From a virus (Duplodnaviria; Heunggongvirae; Uroviricota; Caudoviricetes): 64,000 bases of DNA. Of the stretch, positions 9,671 through 19,771 are shown in pieces. Made by a program: the position numbers and the translations under genes. The notes below the pieces were generated by a model. It searched no databases. It worked only from the letters and a program-made list of their open reading frames with translations, and was not told the origin of the DNA. Each line of letters begins with the position of its first letter. The stretch's first letter is position 1. The stretch lies in the IMG/VR virus record IMGVR_UViG_3300035544_000169; one strand, given 5' to 3'.

Positions 9671-11386
9671 ATGCCAAATCTAGCCTATTCGACACTATTT
9701 GTAGAGAGTATTGAACCAGAAAACAAAGCTCAAAATGTTGATGTAGGCACTGATATAAAGATAATTTTCTCTGACGATGTCGATAGGGCAACTTTAAACC
9801 AAAGGACTGTAATATTCTCAAGCTCTTTAGATTATCTTAAGGTAAATCTTGATTATGATAGCGAAAAGAGAATGCTTACAGTAAGTCCGGATAATAGATT
9901 AATTTCTGGCGAAGAGTACACTTTAAAGCTTGATTCTGAGATACAAAATATTTCAGGTGAGAGTTTAGAAAAAGATAAGTTCTTTGAATTTAAAACAAAC
10001 GACCTGGATATTTTAAAATCTCCAGAAATTATAAAGCCCTTAAATCAGTCCATAATAAATAATACCGATGTAGTCTGGGAAAAAACAGACCTTGCTGAAG
10101 CTTATGGAGTAGAGATTGCCGAAGACCCTAACTTCAAAAGACTTGTCTATTCAAATAATTTTATTAATGACTACCAGATAGTTATTGATTCAGACAAAGA
10201 TAAAGTTGGCATAACTCCTAAGAATCTTGAATTCGATAAAGAGTATTTCCTAAGAGTTAGAGCGCTTGATGTAATCTATGATACGGCAAATATAGAGACT
10301 GAAATAGAAAAAGGTGATATCTACTATTACGAGGATACAAAAAGAAAAGTTGTAATAGATGATAAGTACACACCTGTAGAAACAATCAATTCGGTCACAG
10401 CATTTGATGAGCTAAACAATGCTTATAATCTAAAGCCTGAAAATTTCGAAATAGGCCCACAGATGGAAAGCATCCTGATAGATGCAGGCAATATAAAGCT
10501 AGAGTCAGTTCTGGTTGATATGGATTATGGAATTAAAAAAGACAACAGCAGCTGGTCTGAGACAGTTTCATTCTATTACGAGAAAAAAATAGAGGAAGAT
10601 TTTAAAAATTCCATACTAAGCTCTCTCGAAGGTATGTCAGTTGGAGACGTAGAGATAGTATCACCTAAAAGCCTTGTAAATGTAAAGACCGACATAAGTG
10701 AAATAAAATTTAAGGTTTATGGTGCAGAAAGTATTGAAGATATTTCAGTTGAGCTTGATGGTCTTGCTATAAATGACATTCCATATATAGAAGGACATGG
10801 AGAAGTTTCAGGCACTTTAAGCCTCTTAAGCAGAGAAGATAATTATCTAAGTTTGAGTTATTCAGTGCCAGAACTTTTTGAGAATAATGAATACACACTA
10901 AAAGTAAATGCTTTAGGTAATGAACAAACATTTAAATTGATATCTAAAATAAGCCCTGCACTTACAACCATAAAGATTATAAAAAACAGTAATGTCGGGT
11001 CCTTTTTAAAAGATATAAATGATGAAATTGTACTCTACAGCATTTATGATAACTCAGTGCTTGCTATTGATATAGCAGAATCAAGTGGGAACGAAATAGA
11101 TATTGATAAACCCTCTTTTGAGGCAGTTAAATATACGACATTAAAGTCCGAGCTTGACCTCTTGTATGCTTTGTATCTCCAAAAAACAAGTACAAAGTCA
11201 ACAACACTTGGAGACTTTTCAGTTGATGCCTTTAAGTTTGAGGAGATAAGTCCAATACTTGATGAATTAAGAGAGCAGATAGACTACTGGGAAGGTGTCT
11301 TAAGAGGAAATGAAAGCAGTTTTGCCAGTCCTCTAAGTGTAACAAAATCAGAAGGCACATATTCTCTAAGCGATAGAACTTTCTAG
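9671..11386 (+). CDS. Neck/head-tail connector protein with N-terminal Ig-like (Big_5) and FN3-like domains
   Basis: VESIEPENKAQNVDVGTDIKIIFSDDVD (Big_5 pattern); C-terminal adaptor-like KSTTLGDFSV; position after major capsid gene. Confidence 0.6.
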   Translation: MPNLAYSTLFVESIEPENKAQNVDVGTDIKIIFSDDVDRATLNQRTVIFSSSLDYLKVNLDYDSEKRMLTVSPDNRLISGEEYTLKLDSEIQNISGESLEKDKFFEFKTNDLDILKSPEIIKPLNQSIINNTDVVWEKTDLAEAYGVEIAEDPNFKRLVYSNNFINDYQIVIDSDKDKVGITPKNLEFDKEYFLRVRALDVIYDTANIETEIEKGDIYYYEDTKRKVVIDDKYTPVETINSVTAFDELNNAYNLKPENFEIGPQMESILIDAGNIKLESVLVDMDYGIKKDNSSWSETVSFYYEKKIEEDFKNSILSSLEGMSVGDVEIVSPKSLVNVKTDISEIKFKVYGAESIEDISVELDGLAINDIPYIEGHGEVSGTLSLLSREDNYLSLSYSVPELFENNEYTLKVNALGNEQTFKLISKISPALTTIKIIKNSNVGSFLKDINDEIVLYSIYDNSVLAIDIAESSGNEIDIDKPSFEAVKYTTLKSELDLLYALYLQKTSTKSTTLGDFSVDAFKFEEISPILDELREQIDYWEGVLRGNESSFASPLSVTKSEGTYSLSDRTF

Positions 11387-11398
11387 GTGGTGGTTAAT

Positions 11399-11899
11399 TT
11401 GAGCTTTACAAAAAATGAATTTGACAGATTTTCAGAAAAGCACGGAACTCTAAGACTTGTAGGGCATACTAAAAGAAAAAACCACTGCACCTGCTTTGAT
11501 GGAGAAAATGCAGACCCTAAATGTCATAAATGTTTTGGTACCGGCTGGAAGTATGACTGGTTTTTGACAAAGGCAAGAAGAAGCCAGGGCTCAACAGGTA
11601 TATCAGCATCAAATGACAAGATAGATTTTAGGCTTCCGTTTGATATAAGCACTTTAAATTTTAAATATTATTTTAAAACAGAATGTGACGTAAGTTCTTA
11701 TGACTTCATTATAGAGTTCATGAACAGTGAAGGTAGAGATAAGTATCCATTATATTTTATCAAAAATGACAAACTTAATGAGGGTGATGGAGGAACAGCT
11801 GCATTCAAGTCATTTATAGCCAATAAAGTCCTTATAGAACAGGACGTAATGCAAAAAGCCCTAAGAAATATAACTTCAAAAGATTTAGGGAAGGTGTAA
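11399..11899 (+). CDS. Head completion/closure protein with Cys cluster
   Basis: HCTC..PKCHKCFGTGW motif typical of myophage neck proteins; ORF track starts at 11387 but TTG at 11399 has SD AGGTGGTG. Confidence 0.6.
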   Translation: MSFTKNEFDRFSEKHGTLRLVGHTKRKNHCTCFDGENADPKCHKCFGTGWKYDWFLTKARRSQGSTGISASNDKIDFRLPFDISTLNFKYYFKTECDVSSYDFIIEFMNSEGRDKYPLYFIKNDKLNEGDGGTAAFKSFIANKVLIEQDVMQKALRNITSKDLGKV

Positions 11900-11902
11900 T
11901 AA

Positions 11903-13417
11903 ATGGCTAAAAATTACAGAAACTACTACAGTCGCTCGGTTGTTTTGATTGGAGAGTCTCAAAAAGGAGAGATTCTTGAGCCTGTATTTATAGAATCAAT
12001 AGAGGATGCATACGATATTTTTGGTGGTGGAGAGCTTGTAGAATCTGCCAGAGAGATTATAAATGCCGGCACTGAGTATATCTACTTAATCAGAATAGAC
12101 CCCGAAAACGAATACGAAAGATACTACGATTTAATAAATGCATACTTTGTTTTAGAGAGCATGGGAGATGTAGATGTCATCCTGCCTCTTGGAATATCGC
12201 TTACTGATAAGATAGTTGAATATCCAAACATCTTTAATTACAAAGAGGAATTTTCCTACAACGGAGACCTGATGTTTGAAACAGAGAGAATAATGGAGTC
12301 AATCAACTACGTCAAAGTAAAAGGAGAAAAAACAAAGTTTTACTCTTTAAGAGATAGCGGAGTAAATGGTAACTTTGATGCTGTTATTTTAAGCAGAGAG
12401 GACTTTGATTTAGATAGAGGAGACACCATAACTATAGATTACAACTGTATAAAGAATCTAGAGATTGAGTTTGAAATTTTGAAGTTTTTAAACGGAAGAA
12501 TAGAAAATAGTATAACCCTTAATAAAAACATCAATGTTGATATTAAAAACAGTGTTCTAACAGAAAAGAAGGCCAAAGAGTTCTTCTACGGTGATGAGGA
12601 GGCTGTTTATGTAGCAAGATGTAAGAATGAAGCCTTTAATGTCTACACTCAAAAAGATGGAGAAGGTCTTGTTTATGCTGAATTTGACTACCAAAAATAT
12701 ATCTCAGATAACACAGAGTATAAATATTTTGTAGAGAAGCTGGCTCAAATTGCAGAGCTTACAAATTCGGTTGGGGTTATTAAAAAATCAAGCAAAGATT
12801 ACCTAGCTATGTCAGAAAATATACTTGATATTAAAGCAATGCTAAACGAAAAAAGAAACTACGGCAAAAATGTAGTTGCAGTAGCATCTGATTGTTTATA
12901 CCGTATCAACTCAAGCAGCTATAAAACAGGTTACGAGAAAGCTTTTACAGGCATTCTTGGAAGCTTCCCAAGCAGCATAAGTCCTACAAACAAAAACTCA
13001 GAGATTGTTGTTGAAGTAAAGGATGAGTTTAGCAACTTAGAAATTAAAAAGCTGACAGAGGATGGTTATACTTTCGCCTACAACTCAATCAGGAATGGTA
13101 TTGTCCCTTACAAAGCTGTTACATTATCGGAGACTACAGAATTTAAGTCGCTAAAAAATGTGAGAGTGGTTAAAGAAGTGAAAAAAAGACTGAAGGAAAT
13201 AACTGATGTCTTCATCGGCAGGGGCAACATTAATATACAGTCAAAGCTTTACTCAAAATCAGTAGAGCTTCTGGATAACCTTGTGATAGAGGGAAAGATT
13301 GATGATTACAGCTTCAAGATAGTAAATGCAACAACAAGCTATATCAAAACAGAAGTTGAGTTAAAGCTTATCAATGAAGTAAAAACTCTCAAAGCAGGAA
13401 TCGTATCCGGGAGTTAA
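11903..13417 (+). CDS. Tail-sheath-like paralog (short)
   Basis: N-terminal VVLIGESQKGEILEPVFI..AYDIFGGGELV and C-terminal SPTNK..LTEDGYT..FKSLKNVRVVKEV parallel the termini of the sheath at 14029. Confidence 0.75.
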   Translation: MAKNYRNYYSRSVVLIGESQKGEILEPVFIESIEDAYDIFGGGELVESAREIINAGTEYIYLIRIDPENEYERYYDLINAYFVLESMGDVDVILPLGISLTDKIVEYPNIFNYKEEFSYNGDLMFETERIMESINYVKVKGEKTKFYSLRDSGVNGNFDAVILSREDFDLDRGDTITIDYNCIKNLEIEFEILKFLNGRIENSITLNKNINVDIKNSVLTEKKAKEFFYGDEEAVYVARCKNEAFNVYTQKDGEGLVYAEFDYQKYISDNTEYKYFVEKLAQIAELTNSVGVIKKSSKDYLAMSENILDIKAMLNEKRNYGKNVVAVASDCLYRINSSSYKTGYEKAFTGILGSFPSSISPTNKNSEIVVEVKDEFSNLEIKKLTEDGYTFAYNSIRNGIVPYKAVTLSETTEFKSLKNVRVVKEVKKRLKEITDVFIGRGNINIQSKLYSKSVELLDNLVIEGKIDDYSFKIVNATTSYIKTEVELKLINEVKTLKAGIVSGS

Positions 13418-13430
13418 AGGTGGTGAGTAA

Positions 13431-14003
13431 GTGACTACAGAGATTAAAGAAGGAACAACAGTCAAGCATTTTTTAAGTCTAATAAACAGCATAGGAAAGA
13501 AAATAAATCAGGATTTTACTTTTTATCCCGAGACATCAATCTACCTAATCGAAGATATAAGCTTTCCCTGTATAACCTACAGGATAAAAGAAAGAAAGCC
13601 ATATCAGGGCCATAAGCCCAGAAGAAAAGACAGCTACCCTGATAAAAATGACAAAGACAATACAATGCTTAAATACTCTCAGATGTTTGCAGGAACAATA
13701 GAATTTGCTATTTGGGGCAAAGACTATAAGACTGTCGATGATAAAAGAGAGTGGTTTGAGAAGTTTATGCTCAGATATACAGATAAGTTTAGGGAAGAGG
13801 GGATGCTTGAAGTTATATTTCAAGAACAGCTTGAGGATAAGATAGTAGAGGTTAAAGACAATAATTTTATAAAACAACCACTTCATTACTATTTTAGAAA
13901 TGAGAGGGTTTTAGAATTACCAGTTGAAAATATCAGCTCTATTGATACAGCAGTAAACGATAGTGTTGATAATTATCAATATATAAAAGACAGAATAAAG
14001 TAA
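13431..14003 (+). CDS. Tail completion/terminator-like protein
   Basis: FPCITYRI..GTIEFAIWGKDYKTVDDKREWFEKFM pattern; immediately upstream of sheath. Confidence 0.55.
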   Translation: MTTEIKEGTTVKHFLSLINSIGKKINQDFTFYPETSIYLIEDISFPCITYRIKERKPYQGHKPRRKDSYPDKNDKDNTMLKYSQMFAGTIEFAIWGKDYKTVDDKREWFEKFMLRYTDKFREEGMLEVIFQEQLEDKIVEVKDNNFIKQPLHYYFRNERVLELPVENISSIDTAVNDSVDNYQYIKDRIK

Positions 14004-14028
14004 TTAAAATTCAGTAAGGAGGAATAAA

Positions 14029-16677
14029 ATGCCTGGAACCGGAATTTATCCCGATTTTTACAATAACCTACCTGGTAGTGTTATGGAATTAAGAGACGGG
14101 ATTAAAAACATGCAAAACAACAGTCTTAGTGGCAAGAACGTGTACTTAATTGGTACAGCAATCGATGGACCTGTTTTAGAGCCAATCAGTCCAGAATCCT
14201 TTAACGATGGTGAAAAAACATTCGGTCGCTATTATGACAAGGCAACAAAAACTTATAATGGTGCTAGTTTGATGAAAGGTTATGAAAGAGCTTTAAGAGC
14301 GGGTGCTACAAACGTAACTCTCTTAAGAGTATCTGGAAGTCATGCATCAGCTTCTATCAAAATGAACGAGGAGCTTAAGACAAAAACTTATCAGGCTAGA
14401 GAATATGCGGGTAAGTATGCAGGGAATGTTGAGCAGACATTTGATTTAGAGCTTGTTGTAAAAGAGGGCTTTGATGATGTTTATGCTAACGATGTTTCAG
14501 TATATGCAGATGGAGCAATGCTTAATTCATACAAGTACACTGTAAACAGCAATGCTGGTACAGTAACACTTCATGAAGATGCAGCAAACTCTGGTGCAGT
14601 TATTGATATTTATTACAAAGAAGTAGATGTAAATATCTATAATGTAACAGCTGCCACTCCAGAAGATATGACTGGAGAGGGTGTTCAGTTTAAGCTTGAC
14701 AATGAAAACTTAATCGAAGGAAGCGATATTTTAACCTGGAGCGACACTGGTGTCTTAGAAGAGCCAGCTTACAGCATTGACTATCAGGCTGGTATTGTAA
14801 CATTTGAAAGAGCTATCGAAGAAACAGAAACTATCGAATTCGAGTATGACTGGAAGGATTTAACAGAAGAAGAAGCTCAGGCTTCATTTGATGCAGAAGG
14901 AAGCGGCTTCTTTGTTGACCTAGAACATACAGCTGACGCTTCTAAAGCTATGGTTGTTACAGTCGGAGGAATTGAGGTAGACCCAGTACATTACAACGTA
15001 AACTACACAAGCTATGACACATCCAGAGTCTTTATTGATGCTGGTGTAGGAGAGCTTAATGAAGATGTTTATGTTAAGTACTACTACTCTAAAGAAGAGT
15101 TAATTCAGCCAGAAATAGAAGCAGAAAGTGTTTACGGAGGTAACCTATACAACAAGGTTAAATTCGAGATGCAGGATGTTTTATATGAGGATGAATTAGG
15201 AAACAAAACTGAGTCAGTTGAGGCTGGTGAAGAGTTGAATGTTATCTCTTCTACAAAAGCAAGACTTAACAATGAATACATTGTTCCAAATGACGCTTTT
15301 GGAATAACTATCACAAGAACTGATGCTTCAGAAAGCACCTTAACAGTAGCCAACGGCGATATCAGTGTTAACTGGGCAAATGGTATTATCACAATTTTAG
15401 ACAATGCCTTAGCTTTTAGACCTGATGATATTTCAGCAACAGCTGATGCTTACGAATATTACAATGTAAGTTCAAAGGTATTAAAGCTTTATAAGCCTGA
15501 AGAAAAGAGAATCGAAACAGAGGATTTAGTTATTGAATTCCCTGTTGGAGATGTAATTAACACTCTAGGTGAACTGGTTGCAGCTGTAAACGCTCATCCT
15601 TCAAACAATGTTGTAAGATTAAGCATTCCTGAAGAGTATGTAGCTATTTCAGCAATGAACCTAAAAACACCTGATGTCAAAATCAATGCAGAAGGTAATA
15701 CAGCTAGAACAGCAACTTACTTAAGCAAAGGTAAAGACGGCATCAACATCACAAAAGAAGAAATCTACGAGCTTTTAGGAGGCTCTGAAGAGAGACCTGG
15801 AGCTTACGATATCCTCTTAGAAGATGAAGAAGCTGACATTGTTGTTCCATTGGGCGTTTATGCAGATGATATGCTTGCCAGCGAGTTTAAGAAATTCGAC
15901 CAGCAGCTTGCAAACTTCTGTGCCAAGGCGTTCTTTAGAAACAATGAAATCCGAGGTATTATCGGAACTAAGCCTTTAAGCAAGCCAAGCAGAATTAATG
16001 TAATCAACAGAGTTAAAGAACTGCAGTTGTTTGATACAAACTACTTCCTGACAGATGATAACGGGAACGAAATCAGAGACAGAGAAGGAAATAAAGTTGA
16101 TGTAGGTAAATTTATCTCAGTTGTGGCTCATGACTTCTTGGTTGCTGACAGAAACTTAGCTGTAGCATCACCAGAAAACGGAGCAGCACTATATGCTGGA
16201 TTAGCTTCACAACTTGCAGAGACAAACTCTCCTACAAACGAGAAGGTTCCTGGAGCACGCTCAGCATACAAACTGTCAAATACACAGGCTAACCTCTTAG
16301 CAGGAAACAAACTTGTAGTATTTATGGTTAAAGGCGGAGTACCAAAAGTAGCTTCTGCTTTGACATGTGCACAGCCAAATTCAGGATGGACAAGATACTT
16401 GACAGTTGACATTGTCTTTAATGCAATCAACTTATTAAGAGATATCTATGACCCATATATCGGACAGGGTAACACAATCGAGAAGAGAAACTCTCTTGAT
16501 TCCGATATTTATAATGCCCTGAAAAAGAAAAATACTATTGCAGACTTTGATTATACTTTAATTCAGAGTCCTTCAGATAAAGTAATGGGAAGAATGGTTG
16601 TCGAGCTGGATATAGTACCTATTGGAGAATTACAGAAGATTCATACAGTTGTTTCCATCAATGCTCAGCTTGACTAA
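14029..16677 (+). CDS. Contractile tail sheath protein with inserted beta-sandwich repeats
   Basis: VYLIGTAIDGPVLEP, GATNVTLLRV, C-terminal NSPTNEKV..WTRYLTVDIVFNAINLLRDIYDPYIG..ELDIVPIGELQKI sheath motifs. Confidence 0.92.
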   Translation: MPGTGIYPDFYNNLPGSVMELRDGIKNMQNNSLSGKNVYLIGTAIDGPVLEPISPESFNDGEKTFGRYYDKATKTYNGASLMKGYERALRAGATNVTLLRVSGSHASASIKMNEELKTKTYQAREYAGKYAGNVEQTFDLELVVKEGFDDVYANDVSVYADGAMLNSYKYTVNSNAGTVTLHEDAANSGAVIDIYYKEVDVNIYNVTAATPEDMTGEGVQFKLDNENLIEGSDILTWSDTGVLEEPAYSIDYQAGIVTFERAIEETETIEFEYDWKDLTEEEAQASFDAEGSGFFVDLEHTADASKAMVVTVGGIEVDPVHYNVNYTSYDTSRVFIDAGVGELNEDVYVKYYYSKEELIQPEIEAESVYGGNLYNKVKFEMQDVLYEDELGNKTESVEAGEELNVISSTKARLNNEYIVPNDAFGITITRTDASESTLTVANGDISVNWANGIITILDNALAFRPDDISATADAYEYYNVSSKVLKLYKPEEKRIETEDLVIEFPVGDVINTLGELVAAVNAHPSNNVVRLSIPEEYVAISAMNLKTPDVKINAEGNTARTATYLSKGKDGINITKEEIYELLGGSEERPGAYDILLEDEEADIVVPLGVYADDMLASEFKKFDQQLANFCAKAFFRNNEIRGIIGTKPLSKPSRINVINRVKELQLFDTNYFLTDDNGNEIRDREGNKVDVGKFISVVAHDFLVADRNLAVASPENGAALYAGLASQLAETNSPTNEKVPGARSAYKLSNTQANLLAGNKLVVFMVKGGVPKVASALTCAQPNSGWTRYLTVDIVFNAINLLRDIYDPYIGQGNTIEKRNSLDSDIYNALKKKNTIADFDYTLIQSPSDKVMGRMVVELDIVPIGELQKIHTVVSINAQLD

Positions 16678-16698
16678 GTAATATTTTAAACACAAATA

Positions 16699-16721
16699 AG
16701 GGAGGGGCAGCCCCCCTCTCT
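16699..16721 (+). promoter_or_regulatory. GC-rich intergenic stem-loop between sheath and tube genes, no + strand U tract
   Basis: AGGGAGGGG-cagcc-CCCCTCTCT followed by AAAAAG and SD AAGGAGG. Confidence 0.5.
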
Positions 16722-16743
16722 AAAAAGTAGAAGGAGGAAAATT

Positions 16744-17424
16744 ATGCCTAGCTATCAGAGTTTTTCAGGTTCAGATATAACAGCGACCTTTGGCGGTCGT
16801 GTAATTGGTGAACTTTTAAGTATCAATTGGAGTGTCACTAGAGAAAAAGCTCCAAACTATACAATGGGCTTTAAAAACCCAAGAGGATTTGCTCGTGGAC
16901 GCAGAGGTATTGCAGGTTCTTTGGTGTTTGGTGTTTTTGATAGAAACGCACTGCTTGCTGAAATGAGAAAGGGTGGACGTAGTTCACTTATAGATGGAGA
17001 AGCTGCAAGATACTACTCCTATAAAGCATCTTCTGAAACAGGAGAAAGATTCGTAGAACTTCCTGGTGGAAGAGACCTTTATCAGCCAGAATCATTTAAC
17101 GATATGATGAGCAGAACAGCAAACAACCAGGGCTTACTAGAAGCTACTGAGTTTACAAATGATGTAGAGTATGCAGACCAGCTAATGCCCTTCGACATAA
17201 CAGTAAACTTCGTTAATGAGACGGGAGCAAGAGCTAAACTTACTCTTACAGATGTAGAAATTTTAAATCAGGGTATGGGTGTTAGTGTTGATGATTTAGC
17301 AACAAGTCAAAACTATACATTCGTCTGCCGTGACATTCAGGAACTAACTCCTGTTGATAGAATTGGAAATCGTCAGGACAGACCAAGCACATACAATCCA
17401 GACCCATTTACAACAGTAGGATAG
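16744..17424 (+). CDS. Tail tube protein
   Basis: FSGSDITATF..INWSVTREKAPNYTMG..RGRRGIAGSLVF..PFDITVNF..LTDVEILNQGMGVSVDD; follows sheath; strong SD; terminator after. Confidence 0.85.
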   Translation: MPSYQSFSGSDITATFGGRVIGELLSINWSVTREKAPNYTMGFKNPRGFARGRRGIAGSLVFGVFDRNALLAEMRKGGRSSLIDGEAARYYSYKASSETGERFVELPGGRDLYQPESFNDMMSRTANNQGLLEATEFTNDVEYADQLMPFDITVNFVNETGARAKLTLTDVEILNQGMGVSVDDLATSQNYTFVCRDIQELTPVDRIGNRQDRPSTYNPDPFTTVG

Positions 17425-17444
17425 AAAAATAATTGACAAAACTT

Positions 17445-17479
17445 AAGGGTGTGAGGCGAGAGTTTCATGCCCTTTTTTT
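17445..17479 (+). terminator. Intrinsic terminator after the tube gene
   Basis: AAGGGTGTGA-ggcgagagtt-TCATGCCCTT stem followed by a T run. Confidence 0.75.
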
Positions 17480-17497
17480 AAGAAAAGAGGTGTTTGA

Positions 17498-18607
17498 ATG
17501 CCTACTTATCAAAGTGGATATGCAGGTACTGATATAGTCTGTGTTTTTAAATTTCCTGACTTTGTAAAAAAAGAACCCTTAGTTTTTGGAGAACTTGCAA
17601 CAATAAGCTTTAGTACCTACAGGGATAAATTTCCTGTAAGAGCACTGGGCCATGTTAATGCAAAGGGCTATACAAAAGCTGGCAGAACAGTAGCCGGGTC
17701 TTTAATCTTTACGATGTTTGAAAAGTCAATAATAAATCAAATTGTAGAAGAAATATATTCAAAAAAGTTTAATATTATACCTGATGAACTGCCTGCATTT
17801 TCAATAGATATAACAATGGCTAATGAGTACGGCAACAAAACCCATATAGCATTATTTGGTGTTGAGATTGTAGAGGGAAATCAGGTCATGACAGTTGATA
17901 ATCTGCAGACAAATGAGCAGTATTCTTTCGTTGCTCAAGATATTGTTTTGGTAGACTCCGAAAAAAAGCCTGGAGTTTTATCCTATTATAACCCGGTAAC
18001 AGAAAGCAGAGAGGTCAATATCGATAAGGATATGACACTAAGAGAGTTGGAAAAAGAGTTCCACTACACATATCAGGTACCAGAAAATCAAAAAATTGAA
18101 GAAACAAAAGTAGCATCAAAAGTTAATGAGAACACTCCGTATGATGAAATTAGAGCAAGCAATGAAAAGAGAATAGAAGAGTTTATAGGAAATGAAGGTT
18201 TGGCAACAGTACTTGCTGCTATTAACTATGCAGAGGGTGACATAAACCATCAAAACCCTGAAAAAAGGGCCTCAGTTCCTTACGGAACAACAGGCTTTAA
18301 ATCTAACGGATATAAATTTGTCCATCAGTCAAACAATGACTTTTTTAATAATGTGGTCGACAACCTAGACTTAAAAGATAATACAAATGCCTGGTTTGCC
18401 GCAAGCTCTGCAACTACTGTAACTGACTGGTGGGAAGGTTGGCTTGAAAACAACAACAGAAGCTTGAGTACCAACTTTAATGATTTGAGCGAGTCAGAAC
18501 AGAAAGATTTTCTTTATTATCTTGGAAGCAATTACGCTCCTGGAGATGCTCACCATCTTAATGAGAACTGGTATCCAAACGTTACTAAATATATTTATGG
18601 GAGCTGA
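17498..18607 (+). CDS. Tube-fold paralog (tube initiator-like) fused to C-terminal lysozyme-like domain
   Basis: N-terminus aligns with tube (YAGTDIVCVF..RTVAGSLIF..PAFSIDI); C-terminus has LAAINYAEG and YAPGDAHHLNENWYPNV. Confidence 0.7.
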   Translation: MPTYQSGYAGTDIVCVFKFPDFVKKEPLVFGELATISFSTYRDKFPVRALGHVNAKGYTKAGRTVAGSLIFTMFEKSIINQIVEEIYSKKFNIIPDELPAFSIDITMANEYGNKTHIALFGVEIVEGNQVMTVDNLQTNEQYSFVAQDIVLVDSEKKPGVLSYYNPVTESREVNIDKDMTLRELEKEFHYTYQVPENQKIEETKVASKVNENTPYDEIRASNEKRIEEFIGNEGLATVLAAINYAEGDINHQNPEKRASVPYGTTGFKSNGYKFVHQSNNDFFNNVVDNLDLKDNTNAWFAASSATTVTDWWEGWLENNNRSLSTNFNDLSESEQKDFLYYLGSNYAPGDAHHLNENWYPNVTKYIYGS

Positions 18608-18612
18608 TAATA

Positions 18613-19353
18613 TTGCAACCACAACCAAGCGTTAATTACGAAAGATTTCCAAGTGAATACTTTTCTGGCAGTGATATCAGGGTATATTTTGAAGATATAC
18701 TAATCGATGAAATCACAGACTTACAGTTCGTGATGGAGGAAAGGGTTTTACCTATACACGGCTATAATTCTTTTACCTATGATGCTGTAGCAAGAGGTTC
18801 AAGAATAGTACAGGGCACATTTGCAATCAACTTCAAAGAAGCTGACTATTTAAGAAAGGCTATCAGAGAGGTTATAGAAGATAAAAGTGAGTTTGATATC
18901 TCTCAAAACTATATAGCAAAAGAGCAGGATGTAAATGAGGGCTATTTAGAAGACGAGCTTGAAGAAAGAGATAAGCTTTATGAATACCTTGAAAGAGGCT
19001 GGAGCACAAAATTCGACAGGATGGCCACAGAATATGAAGATAAAATCTGGGGCGGAGTCAACAAGAATATAAACTACAGCAGAGATAATAAAGCATTTTT
19101 TCAGTCAAAAGATAATTCAGATGAAACCTTTGACATTCTAATAACTTACGGTCCTTACAGCAAAGATAGACTCTATGCTAAAGAGGGTTTTGGCAATCAG
19201 AAAGAATTAAACTATTACCAAAATGTTAATAACGGCACAGTCCGTTCAATAAATAATATACAGATAACAGGCTTATCACAGGTCATTGATGGCAGTGGTA
19301 AACCAATCAAAGAAGTTTATAATTTTCTAGCACAAGATTTAGATAGAGCATAA
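18613..19353 (+). CDS. Third tube-fold paralog (baseplate tube initiator-like)
   Basis: YFSGSDIRVYF..LPIHGYNSFTYDAVARGSRIVQGTFAINF..FDILITYG..INNIQITGLSQVI; TTG start. Confidence 0.72.
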   Translation: MQPQPSVNYERFPSEYFSGSDIRVYFEDILIDEITDLQFVMEERVLPIHGYNSFTYDAVARGSRIVQGTFAINFKEADYLRKAIREVIEDKSEFDISQNYIAKEQDVNEGYLEDELEERDKLYEYLERGWSTKFDRMATEYEDKIWGGVNKNINYSRDNKAFFQSKDNSDETFDILITYGPYSKDRLYAKEGFGNQKELNYYQNVNNGTVRSINNIQITGLSQVIDGSGKPIKEVYNFLAQDLDRA

Positions 19354-19385
19354 AAATATTACATAACCTTAAGGGGGTTATATTA

Positions 19386-19757
19386 ATGGCAAAAGAACAA
19401 TTCAACAATCAGATGGAAAAAGGAACAGACAAGGTATTTGAGGGTGGGCCAACAAAAGACGCTGTAGAAAACTGGAAGAACCAATTCGGTGGAGATATTT
19501 ACATGACAGAATTCGATACAGAGACTTTTATCTGGAGACCAATCTCAAGACTTGAGTTTAAAAAGATTGTTAATGCAGAAGGTAATCAGGACGACTTCTA
19601 CAGAGAAGAAAGAGTAACAGAGCTATGTGTGTTATGGCCAGAAAACTACAGCCATGATGATATTATTGACGGTAAAGCTGGTGTTCCTGCTGTTTTAGCA
19701 GACCAGATTATGAATAAATCAGGCTTCTTACCAACAACAGGAGCTAAAAAGCTGTAA
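19386..19757 (+). CDS. Tail assembly chaperone
   Basis: WKNQFGGDIY..FIWRPISRLEFKKI..CVLWPE..AGVPAVLADQIMNKSGF; between tube genes and giant tape-like genes. Confidence 0.65.
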   Translation: MAKEQFNNQMEKGTDKVFEGGPTKDAVENWKNQFGGDIYMTEFDTETFIWRPISRLEFKKIVNAEGNQDDFYREERVTELCVLWPENYSHDDIIDGKAGVPAVLADQIMNKSGFLPTTGAKKL

Positions 19758-19771
19758 AGAGGGGATTTAAT

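Noticed and set aside
17433-17461. Perfect TTGACA -35 box after the tube gene (also at 3361)
   Set aside because: No -10 element at 16-18 nt spacing
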